Source: Selaginella moellendorffii (Eukaryota; Plantae; Lycopodiophyta). From it: a DNA stretch of 64,000 nt. The notes beneath the pieces are model-generated. The model saw nothing but the letters and a program-made list of their open reading frames with translations. It was not told where the DNA came from and ran no database searches. Below are positions 1 to 12,100 of this stretch, one piece after another. Location of the stretch: the NCBI RefSeq assembly GCF_000143415.4, contig NW_003314303.1:1394676-1458675 (forward strand), written 5' to 3'. The first letter of the stretch is position 1; each line of letters opens with the position of its first letter. A program made the position numbers and the translations under genes.

Positions 1-180
1 AACATGCTCTTGATTTACATAAGCATCTGATAGAAAGCTTGAGAAGCACTAAATCAAATGTTTATACACACTGCAGTCCCATGCCTCATGTTTGTCTGGA
101 GATTCCATTGGATCCTTCTCGCCTCACAATCTACCTGTGATGAACGACAATGCAATAATCTTAGTCTCAAACACGTGCTC
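1..180 (-). pseudogene. Inverted, deletion-riddled ABCG transporter remnant (continues beyond the window start)
   Basis: Reverse complement matches ABCG exon/intron sequence at about 19290-19470 (e.g. gtcgttcatcacaggtagattg, ctccagac(a)aacatgaggcatgggactgc). Confidence 0.75.
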
Positions 181-298
181 AATCTTCAGAGAGTCTTGCG
201 AAGTCACTGAAAGACTCGTTGACTTTGGAGATGGGTTGCGTAAAGTATATATATCCCACCACACAAACTTTTGTTTGAAACGAATATACTAGTACATA

Positions 299-2204
299 GC
301 GGAAGGTAACGAGCTCGGGATCAATGCCGGCGGGCGCCGTGCTGCCCTGGCCTGGATCGTGTGCTAGCTGCTTGGAAATCGCCATAGCGATGCCCAGGTA
401 ATCTTTGTGCTGCTGGAGTAGTGGGAGTTTGGTCCATTCCTTGTGTAATGTGGCCTTGGCAGTGGTGTTGATGCTGTTCTTCTCCTCGTATTTCCAGTTC
501 CCAGTCTGCCACTCGAATTCGTAGAGGGGGAGAAAGCGCTGGCCATAGTCCGCCACGAACTCTATGGCGCACAGCAAGAAATGGAACTCTTCCTTGGAGA
601 GGAAGTATGCGAAGTTCAAGCGCGTCCATCCAGGTTTGACACCGCTATATCCCTGTGAGAAAAAAAAAAAGTTCTTTCCTCATTAGAAAAAGTTCCTTGG
701 CGAAAACTTCTATTGTTTTGCTTCTCAACCTCTTGAATTGCTGCTCGAAATTTCAGGGAGAGCTCATCACTGACTTTGAGAAGCGAGTGGCCGTAAGGAC
801 CGGCACACGAGCACCCTCCTCTCGACTGGATCCCAAACAAATCGTTGAGGAGCTTGGCTACAAACCGGCCTTGCAGCACGGTTTGCTGGATTTCACCGTT
901 GGAATCAGTGGTCCGGACGAGGAACGAGACGATTGCTGCTCGTTTCACTTGCGTGTTCCCAAGCACCACTTTCGGTTCTTGGACAACCTTTTCAACGCGG
1001 TGGTGATGAAGTTGTGCTCTCTCGACTCGATGAGACGGTATCCCATTTCTTCTTGGACAGTGAAGACAATCCCGGCTTTTATCCGCTGGAGTATGGAAGG
1101 TGTTCCAGCGTCTTCTCGGCTTTCAATGTCCTCCAGGTAGAGTGTATCCTGGTATGAGTTTGTTTAGTGTTAATTTTCTTTGTTCTTTCGCAGCATCACA
1201 GCATCGTATCCATCAGCTTTTCGCGATCTCATGTTGATCTTCACGTAAGGACCGCTGTTGATCAGATTCGGCAAGTAAGCTTCTTTTCGTCCTTGGTAAA
1301 AGATCTCGTCTTACCAGCTTGCGAAATCAAAACATGCTAATGCTCCATGTTTGTGTAGAAGGCGAGTGATGGTTCTAGTGTCCGCTAAAACTCGCGTGAC
1401 ATTACTGCAAGCAGAGAAGGAACCCAGCTTTGGACGATCTGCGTGCTTGGGATTTTGCAGCTCCTCTTCGAGGTACTTCATGTCAATCAATCCATCCTCG
1501 GGCATTGAAACTTGAATAACCTGTGGTTTAAACAGTTGACAGATTGAAAGAAACGAAAAAGTCCAACCTCGGCAAGACTTTGGCTCCAGGGAAGAATGTT
1601 GGAATGATGTTCGTATGGGCCTATGAACACCAGCCATCTCTTCCTTGTCATCGATCGCTGCCACGGCTGACTCTCTCGTTTGGGGCGGCACAGACAAGCC
1701 CAAAAGTTCGTGGAGCTTTTTCACAGCTGCAGTGGTTCCAGAGCCGCAGAAAAAGAGAGCATCATCCTCGGTTCCTCCCAGGGACTCCTTGACATAACTC
1801 GTGGCCAGTTTCACCATCCGGGTGGTCTTCTCTCTGACGTAGCTGTCCTCGGCATGCGTGTTCCCTGAAACAGAATGCAGCGGGTCCAGATATGCAGAAG
1901 AGAATTCACGGCGTCACTCACTGTAGGACGGCATGACGTGCTTGATGAGGAAGTTTTCTATATAGAACAAGCAGCGGCCAGAGGCAGTGTAATCGGCATA
2001 AGTGAGAAGCCTGCTGCCGAATGGTGTGGAGATTTGGAGTTGGGAGCCGATGATCTGGGATCTGAGCCAGACACACTATTGCTCATCGTCAGAGGGGCTG
2101 AAGAACTTGAAAGGATTGGGCTTGAAGTTTGGCTGCCAATCCTCCTTGATGCTGGGAGTTATGTTGCTGATCTTGGAAGTTGACTTTGAAGCAAAGCACT
2201 TCAT
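299..2204 (-). pseudogene. Class-V PLP-dependent enzyme (cysteine desulfurase-like), copy 1, pseudogene
   Basis: Near-identical to 15149-17215. A ~150-bp deletion at ~1190 removes the SPHK PLP-lysine segment; there is also a 4-bp deletion at ~970, a 1-bp insertion at ~1645 and loss of the stop codon near 300. Confidence 0.88.
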
Positions 2205-2421
2205 TGTCTTATTGGTGAACACTCTCCTGATATGTTCACTACTTATAATTTGCAATGAATTTTGTGGTAGCAAGATCTCACTACCCATAGTATTTGTATA
2301 GTTTGGTAAATATAATAAGGAAATGACATGTTTTGTCAAGCTTAACAAATTCTAAGGGATTTGTCACCTAAGTGGGCTTGATTATGAAGTCTTTGTCTTT
2401 TGTTGACCTTATAGATATTTG

Positions 2422-3452
2422 AAGGTACTATTCAAATTTAAGGATGTTATATCCCAAGACTTTTAACCAATTGGAAAAGGAGTGCATTTTTATTCATATG
2501 CACTTTATTTTTATATTTGAATATTTATGGATTGTCTTTCAAGTCGTTTTCTTTAGTTATTTACAATTACTATGCTTCCTTATAAGCTTTCTCGTGAATG
2601 GAAGTTGAGAGTTATAGCTCTTTCGAGAGCCCCACTCTCTTGACACCTCGGGTCAAACTCACGTTGGGGTAAATTAGACATGAATCTCAACATGTAGCGT
2701 GACAAGTCCAAATACCAATCTCAATATCGATTGAAAAAAAAGGCTGCACTCTTATTCATCTTTTATATTTAAACCTTTATAAATTGTTTTTAAAGTTATT
2801 CTCTTTAATTATTTATAATTTACCATGCTTCCTTATAAACTTTCTTATGAATGAAAGTCAAGAGCTATAGCTCTCCCAAGAGGCTTGCTTTCTTGACACC
2901 TTACTCCTAAGGTTGAGCCCATTTGGAGGTAAACTAGACTAAATTTCCTTGTAAGCTTCCTCATGAACAAAAGTTAAAAGTTGTAACTTTCCTAAAAGGT
3001 TTTCTCTCTTGACACTTTACCTCTTGGGTCAAGCCTACTCAGAGGCAAACTAGATCTACCAAATGTCAATTTTAATATATGGTGTAACATGTGCAACTGA
3101 GGCAAATTGAATTTACAAATGTTAATCTCAATTTATGGTATGATTCCCCTAGTTAACTAACAAACTCAAATCTGAAATTCTTGTAATAATCTTAACATGT
3201 GGCATAATTCTTCTAATTAACCAACAAAGTTAAATTTGAAATCCCTCTGATACCAAATATAAACTCTTAAATTTAAATTTCCTGAAAAGTCACCAAACCC
3301 AACACAATTCAAACCCAAGGATTTTTAATATCAAATATCTTAAGACCCTTAATCGATTAAAAAATGAAATGCACTTTTATTTATGAGCCATTTTCTTTTA
3401 TATTTAAACCCTTATGTATTGTCTTTCAAATTATTCTTTTTGGTTACTTACG
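2422..3452 (-). mobile_element. Degenerate Cassandra-like TRIM, tandem-array type (three LTR-like units)
   Basis: LTR-like units at ~2422-2565, ~2730-2825 and ~3258-3452 match the 5S-bearing LTR seen at 30248 and 51355. A tRNA-Met PBS (ctctgatacca, i.e. tggtatcagag on the minus strand) lies at 3245-3255. Confidence 0.7.
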
Positions 3453-5261
3453 GAGACAAAATGTTATAAAACATCTTTTGCAAACTTACCTTGTTTTTAA
3501 CAAAGTGGTTGCGTAGAATGCACTCTAGGTCCTCTTTAACTATCATAAATATCTTACTTTAGTGCACCACATGAGGAAAATGTCTTCACAAGTGCCTAGA
3601 GAATTATATCCTATTTTTCCACTTTACTTTAGGAGAAATATAGTCAAGGAAACAACATGTTTTGTCAAGCTTGACAAATTCTAAGGGACCCACCACCTAA
3701 GTGGGCTTGATTATAAAGCCCTTGTCTTTTGTTGACCCTTAGAGATATTTGAGGTGTGATATGGAAGAACTTAATAGGGAGTTACCTTTGGGAAAGACAA
3801 GATATGTTTAGGGAGTGGTCCTTGGAATGCCAAATTTCTTGAGAAGATGACAAGAATTTTGAGACTTATGGAGAGACTTTGAATGGGAATAACACAAGAA
3901 AGAAATTAAACAATACTTTACACTACTAATCTCCTATGAATCTAAGATCTTACTGTGTTACAGTAGCTGAAAGTTCAAGTCCAACTTGGAGAGCTATAAA
4001 TCTTACCCAAGTTTTCATGAGAAAGGAGAAAAAATATATTATTATGGATGTTGCATAGAAGGATTTGAGTGTGAGTGCGAGCAATGGACAAGTGTTGCTG
4101 GAGAGTATGTGTGGCTATGCCTAGAGTGGCCAAATCACGGCGATCATGGGCCACCTTGCTTGATGCGCTTGCTAGTATAGTTTTCCAAGATTGATTTGGG
4201 TTTGGGCAATAGATTAAAGCTCAAGATTCTTGCATTGTTGTGTAAGCAATTAATTTTTCCATTCTACTTTAGTCACTTAACCACACCTCTAACCACTTGG
4301 AGGAGTCTTATTCACAACCTTCATAAGTCTAATTCAAGATTTAGGACTTGCTAGCCTTGAGAATGGCATCCATGCCACTCAACCCTTACACTTGGTCCAA
4401 ATGCTTCATGTGTCTGATCCCATGGTTGACACCCCAAGGTACCATTGACATATCAGCCAGTTATGCTAAAGCCATGCCCATTCACCTTGGTCATACCGGC
4501 AGTCTAAAATCACCTACATCACAGTCCTATCTCTCAAAAACTAAGCCATCTGTCTATGAGTGATCATCCCAGATCCACTTTTAGCATCCTTAGGATGCCC
4601 GCAGACATGGGGTACAACATTCCCCAATATACGTTTTACAGTCCCCATTAAGTCCCTTTTTTGTTTATGGCTGTATTTGCCAATACTGCCACTAAGACAA
4701 GGTCCAGAGGCTCAACCACTAAGTCCCACTGTCCTCTAGGATTTCCTCACCACATGACCGTATATTTGGTCACTACACTAGAGGACCACTCTTCTTCTTT
4801 TCCATGGTCTAGGACTTTGGGACAATATTTTAGAATACTGTGGCCCTATGCGAGCCTTATAGGTAATTTCCCCACCTTCCACCTTTGGGTGCTTTAGCCA
4901 TGGGCTTAGAGTGAAGTTCCATTGAGCCATGCCAGATATCCAAGTAGGTAATGCTACCAATGCTTGGATTGGGAGCATCAACCATTCGATCTCCCGAGGG
5001 AATTAGAGCCAGCTTTTGAACACTTTACCAAGCTACCCCGCTTGTTGGTCCGTATTCACTTTAACCTTGGACTTCCCAGTGGTTATCTCATCACCCAACA
5101 CCTGGGTACAGCCTTCCTGGGCCAAACTGACCTTTCCTAGCCAAATTGACTCCACTGGGGTTCAACCCCTACACTCTCCCTACTATACTTTTGGAACCCC
5201 CTACAGCCCTCTCCTAGGGGACGATTGCTTTGGGCTTTCACCCAACAGCCTGTATTAGTAT

Positions 5262-5600
5262 TTGGACTTAGACTTGGACTCAGTCTCGGTCTCGGTCTCA
5301 GACTCAAACTCGGGCTCGATCTTGGTCTTGGTCTCGGTCTTGGTCTCAGTTCCATCTGAGATTCCATCTTGGGTCCATCTTAGGTCCATCTTGGACTCCA
5401 TCTCAGACTCCATCTCGGACTCTATCTTGGGTCCATCTCGGACTCCATCTCAGACTTCATCTTGGACTCTATTTCGGGTCCATCTCGGGTTCATCTCGGA
5501 CTCATCTCGAACTCTCCATCTGGGACTCCATCTTAGGTCTATTTTAGACGTTATCTCAGACTTCATCTCAGGTCCATCTCAGACTCCATCTCGGGTCCTC
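5262..5600. repeat. 6-bp and 12-bp tandem repeats (gtctcg; ctccatctcgga) inside the LTR
   Basis: Periodicity is directly visible. The 12-bp array recurs at 11960-12140 in the other LTR. Confidence 0.85.
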
Positions 5601-8600
5601 CATGTGTCATTTATTGGTCCTCTTGTATCATTTTTCTAGAGACTCAATTACTACTTGCTTCGTGTTTGTTCCTCGAGCCCTTCGTTGGGAGTTCCACTCC
5701 CGCTCTCAACTTTTCAAGTCGAAGCTTTTAGTCCAAACATGTTCTACTTGTTTGTTTTCACTTCAGCCACTACTACATGGCACCCTTTCGGCTCCACTTT
5801 GGAGCTTTAGGATTTGTGTCTCACAACTCCACCACCCATAGACGAAGTTCGATGTCCTCATCGAACAATAAACCATTTTATAAGGTAACATCAACATGTA
5901 TTACCCTTTCCATCTTTCGCACTTAGCCAATATTTATCAATGGTTTGACACCAAAGGCTTATTATGCCTTGCCCATCCTTTAAGGAGTATAGTCTCTCCA
6001 ACTTAGAGAATCATTTGACCATTTGTGATGGTTCTCTCTTTTTATTGGTTTAGTTCTCATTAAACCCGTTAAAGACACATTCTTTATCTCAATCCCATTA
6101 CTCATTTTCGAGTAGTCTTAGTTTCCATCGATATAACCTTTGCACTTTGAAACTTTTAATTTTGACTCCTCAAAGTCAATTTCTTGGGTGCTTCTAACAC
6201 CTTGTATTGCATATGTTGTACAAAATCCACTTCCCCATCCTAAGAAATTTTCTACTTGAGGGTACCATCATCCTATTTCTTACCACCTTTGGCACTAAGT
6301 TCCAGTTATCATAATTTGTGCTAAGGTTGTTTATGGCTCTATCATTTAATTACCTTGCCGCTCCCTCCCTTGGAGCTTCCACTTTCACCAAATTGGAGCA
6401 ATTTGGAATCCACTATTGGAAACATATTACCTTTCCCACAATCCGTTAACATCTAACACTTTAGTGTTTCAGACTTAACTTTGCCATTGGGATTTCTTCC
6501 AATGAATTTCATGGCCCACATTTGGCCATTAGTCTTTTGCTCTTATCTGTTGATTGTTGCACCAAGTAACATAGGATCACTACCTCTATTCTCGAGGTAT
6601 CATTTTGGTTCTATGGCAAAAGCTCTATTTTGCTAAGTCTAGAGGGTGCTCACCCTTAATAGGTCTTTTTAGCATTTTCTGCTATGGGGTCCATTGACGG
6701 CTCAATTTTGCGACCCTTCTATAAGTCTTTTCTAGAGATTACTTCTTGGACTCACTATACCATCACATTGACACCATTGATTTCCCTTTGGATGTCTTTC
6801 CCACTTGGTCACTTTAACTAAGTTACACCATTACCAATAGTTCAAATCACCACTTTGAATTAGGAATCTAATTCCTTAATTAAACAAGGACTTTGTCCTT
6901 ATTTAGCCATAAGATCACCTAGTGATCTCACTTTGGCACCTTAACAAATTTCCCAACAAATACTAGATTTTCCAGACCTTTAAGTTATTAACCACGACCC
7001 CAGGGGCATCCCCCACATTTGGCGGTGCACCCAAGCCAACCCTTTTGGCCAAGGATCTATAGCAACTGAGACTGGGTGTCCCCATCTCATTCACCACGTC
7101 TTTGGTGCCACTTGCACCAAAGTGTTCAAATTAGATATGTTAAGCTTTCACACTAAGCAATTTAACCATGTATCACGACTTCGGGGCATCCCCCACTTGG
7201 TGGTGTGCCTAAGCCAGTCTCTTTACTAAGAGTCCATGACCACCAAAAAATGAGTGTCCTCATATTCTAACCCATCACCACACCTTAGTGAGTTGGGACT
7301 TGAACCCAAGCACTAGAGGGTTGGGACTCAAATCAAACTTTCATATATACATCTACAAATAACATCACTTAAGATGCTTAGCATGACTCCCCACGCCAGT
7401 GCACTAATGTATATTTAAAGTGCGCTATAGATCACAGCTTAGAAACCTAATTCCTCCGCACTGCCAAGTCCTCTCACTTGACAAGTCTGTGATCATGCAT
7501 GGACTCCTCCATGTTTGGCCTGATAGGCCACCCCTTTTAAAGTTAGCATATTCAACTAGGGTATTTGTTCCCCCGATTTGCTAATCTCACTTAGTAAGTC
7601 ATTCAACTACCGTAACATGGTATATGTATAAGCATGAAAGTCCTTATCCATCGACTTTCATTCAAATCCCTCTCTTTGAACACTTAGGAATTACTTTCCT
7701 AACCTTGATAACCTCACCTCATGGCAAGCTTCAAGACCACGCTTCTATTGTGCCACTTTGATTTCGTGCGCTTTATAAACCATTTACACTTAGCTTTCTA
7801 GGTACTTATCTACCTAGAATTGTTTTTGGGAACCTTCAAGGAACTTTGTTTCATAGCTTGCTAAGATATCTCCTTTTTGCAAGCTTTCTAATTACCATAT
7901 GGTCTAACATGGATAATTCTACATTTTAGACTCTCCATGGCATCACAGTTGCTAATAACTCGCTCAAACCCTCATTTGATTCTTCCACTCCTAACTTGCA
8001 TAACCACTCTTGATTATGCCCTTTGATTCTTATGGTTCAGTTTTATCCCTTTACTACTTGCTTTTTGGCCTCATATGTTTCCTTCGGTTATTTTCCTCTA
8101 AACCAGGAGGATAGCTTTGCACTTTCTACCATGCCTTCGCAAGTATTCATATGGATGAACATACTTATGGAGTGGTTCCTCAATACTCACCTTGTAATCC
8201 CACACTCCAGGATTAACATTGTTACTTATAGGCCTTTATATGCTCATCACTAGCCTTGCCAAAATCCCTTTTTGGCTTTGCCCAATTCGAGTAGATGGAC
8301 TTCTCATGTCTCCACAACCTTAAACTTTTGGATAGCACCTTCTATACATATCACTAGGGACTTAGTCCCTTAGACCTTATCTAATGCTCTCATGAGCCTA
8401 AACACCACTTTCTGGTGTTTTAAAGTATTTGGGTGTCCCAATAATGGCCTTTTTTGACAATGAGTATTCCCTTTACGATATTAACTTAATATATTGCAAC
8501 ATAAACAATTTATTGCTCATAAGGGTATGTCTAACTTCCTTATCTCAATAAGGGGTAGTTACCTTCTACCAGTTTAATCAATTATTTTGCACCTTTTGCT

Positions 8601-8703
8601 TAGTTGCCTTATAGTTGTCAAGTCCTACAACTCATTGCTAATGCTTCCACACTTCCATCATTATTTGGGTCACCACACTTTAACTACATGCCTTCTAGCT
8701 TAA

Positions 8704-9146
8704 TGTATGAAACCAAAGAGAACAACTAAAAAGACGATCCATAGGGGTTTAAATATAGAAGGAAAGGCCTATGAACAAGAGTGCACCCCCTTTTCCAATC
8801 AGTTAAGGGTTTTGGGATACTTGGGGTTAAGTGTCCTTGGGTTTAAATAGTACTGGGCTGGGTGACTTCTCAGGAAGTCCAAATTCAGGACGAGAGGTCT
8901 CGAGGGTCCGACTTTGTTGGTATCAGAGAGGTCTCAAGGGTCCGACTTTGTTGGTTGGCTTAAGGGAATCGCACCATATGTTAATTGACATCTGGCAAGT
9001 TTAGTTTGCTTTGGCTGGGCTCGACTTGAGAGGTAGGGTGTCAAGAGAGCATGGCTCTCGGAAGAGCTGAAGAGGTTAAGTGTTTTTGGGTTTGAATAAT
9101 ACTGGGTTGGGTGACCTCCTGGGAAGTTCAAATTTAGGAGCTTACA
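8704..9146 (+). mobile_element. Cassandra-like TRIM nested in the LTR element
   Basis: Two 5S-like segments (~8827-8880 and ~9075-9130, tactgggttgggtgacctcctgggaagt), PBS tggtatcagag at ~8918, and a cttaca end. Confidence 0.75.
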
Positions 9147-12100
9147 CTCATTCCTATTTCCATTAAAATTCATTTGGGAAGGGGTTCTTATGAACCCACC
9201 AACTTGACCTCAAAAGCATCACGCCTTGGCATATTCGATATCTCCACACCATCAGCTCCACAAGTCTACCTTTATTGTGTCTAGGTTTTTGCCAAGACTA
9301 ATATAGTCGTTTCTCATGCCAACTATCTGTTAGTATTGCACCATATAGTTCACACACAACTTTGTGTCAAAGTTATTTTCTTCTGGAAACCTCTTTCCCA
9401 CAACCTTAATATGACACATTCTGCCATCAATGAAATACTCATTGTTCTCATACTTGGATCTTCCCCATTCTTCGTGGGGTACAACGCACCTCAGTCCAAA
9501 TGCTTCCACCAGTCCTTTAGGATTATTTTTTGACTCCACTTGAGTCATCTAGCTTTTTGGACTTCACTAATCTGACGACCTATAAGGTCCCATTTTTGAG
9601 GTGTCAGCTTGTTAAAATATAACTTTTTGTATCCATGTCCTACTTATAAGGACCATCCTTGCAAATGTTACTCTAACACTTGATTATTCTTGGTTTCATA
9701 TAGGCTACCTTTACCCCTTACAACTATTTGGCCAAGTGATGAGAATACTAACTTATCCTCTAAGGACACCCCCAATTTCTTGGGTTGTTTTAGCATTTAT
9801 TAAGGGTAGACCCAATTACCATTTCAAGGACTTGTGTCCTCTTCCATATTTGACTTCTTACAGTCATTAATTCTAGTATCAAATTCATGAGCACCCACCT
9901 TAACTATATGAAGATAATCTTGTGACTCCTTTATTGTTGATCATAACAATAGTTGTTTACCACAACTATATTAGCCAATTTGCTGAGTCAAACGCTCATC
10001 TGGATCACATCCTCAACTCTCTAAGGAAAACTTTATACTATTCCCAAGATCCCAAAGTTGTTCCTTTATCAACCCTTTTTTATCAACCACCTTGCCTACA
10101 AGTTCACACATGAACTGTAGTGGAGAGCCATATCCTCCCGACTTGCTACTCCTCAAGGATAAGCCCACTCCTCAGACCTTCCAATGCCAATATAAGTGGT
10201 GATATACTTGAGAAAGAACAGCTTCGATACCAAGTTGTAAGTGACTAATTTTCCCATTTTACTTTAATCATTTAACCACACCTCCGACCACTTGAAGAAG
10301 TCTTATTTACAACTTCCATAAGTCCAATTTAGGACTTAAGGCTTGCTAGCCCCAAGAATGGCATTTATACCACTCAACCCTTACACTTGGTCCAAGTGCT
10401 CCACGTGTCCAATCCCATGGTCGACACCCTAAGGTACCATTGACATATCAGCCCGTTATGCTAAAGCCATGCCCATTCACCTTAGTCACCCCGATAGTCT
10501 AAACCCACCTATATCATAGTTCTGTCTCTTAAAGACTGGGCCATTCATCCATGAGTGATCATCTCATATCCACTCTTAACATCCTTAGGATGCCCACAAA
10601 CATGGGTCCATAATATCCCTTTTATAGTCCCCACCAAGTTCTTTTTCTGTCTATGGCTGTGTTTGCCAATATTGTTATTGGGTCAAGGCCCACAAGCCCA
10701 ACCACTAAGTCCCACTGTCCTCTGGGACTTCCTCACCACATAACCGTATCCTTGGTCACTATATCAGAGGACCACTCTTCTTCCTTTCCATAGTTTGGGA
10801 CTTTGGGACACATTTCAGAACACTGTGGCCCTACGTGAGCCTTATAGGTATTCTCCCCACCTTCCACATTTGGGTGCTCTAGCCATGGGCTTAGAGTGAG
10901 GTTCCGTTGAGCCACGCCAGGTATCCAAGTAGGTGGTGCCACCCACACTTGAACTGGGAGCATCGACCATTCGATCTCCCATAGAGCCAGCTTTTGAACA
11001 CTTCACCAAACTACCCCATTTGTTAGTCAATATTCACTTTAGCCTTGGACTTCCTAATGGTTATTTAATCACCTAACACTTGGGTATAGCCTTTTTGGGC
11101 CAAACTAAGCTTTCCTAACCAAATTGGCTCCATTGAAGTCCAACTCCCACACTCTCCCTACTATACTTTTGGAACCCCCTACATCTATGCCATTCAACCC
11201 TTGCACTTGGTCCAAGTGCTCCACCTGTTCGATCTCATGATCAACACCCCAAGGTACCATTAACATATCAGCCCGTTACACTAAGGCCATGCCCATTCAC
11301 CTTGGTCACACCGGTGGTCTAAAACCACCTACATCACAGTCCTGTCTTTCAAAGACTGAGCCATCCATCCATAAGTGATCATCTCAGATCCACTCTTAGC
11401 ATCCTTAGGATGCTCGCAGACATGGGGTACAGCCTTCCCCAATATTTCTTTTACAGTCCCCACCAAGTCCCTTTTTTATCCATGGCTGTGTTTGCCAATA
11501 CTGCTACTAGGGCAAGGCCTACAGGCCCAACCAGTAAGTCCCACTGTCCTTTGAGGCTTCCTCACCTCATAACCGTATCCTTGGTCACTACACCAGAGGA
11601 CCACTCTTCTTCCTTTCCATAGTCTGGGACTTTAGGATAACATTTCAGAATACTGTGGCCCTACGCAAGCCTCATGGGTACTCTCCCCACCTTCCACTTT
11701 TGGGTGCTTTAGCCATGGGCTTAGAGCGAGGTTCCGTTGAGCCACGCCAAGTATCCAAGTAGGTAGTGCCACCCACGCTTGGACTGGGAGCATCGACCAT
11801 TCAATCTCCCAAGGGAATTAGAGCCGGCTTTTGAACACTCACCAAGATTCCCCATTTGTCAGTCCATATTCACTTTAGCCTTGGACTTCCCAGTGGTTAT
11901 CCCATCACCCAATACCTGAGTATAGCCTTCCTGGGCCAAACTGGCCTTTCCTAGCCAAATCTCAGACTCCATCTCGGGTCCATCTTGAACTCCAGCTTCG
12001 ACTCCATCTTAGACTCCATCTCAGACTCCATCTCAGACTCCATCTCAAACTTCATCTTGGGTCCATCTCGAGTCCATCTCAAACTCCATCTTAGATTCCA

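Noticed and set aside
5262-5600. CRISPR-like array
   Set aside because: No unique spacers; a simple minisatellite in a eukaryotic context.
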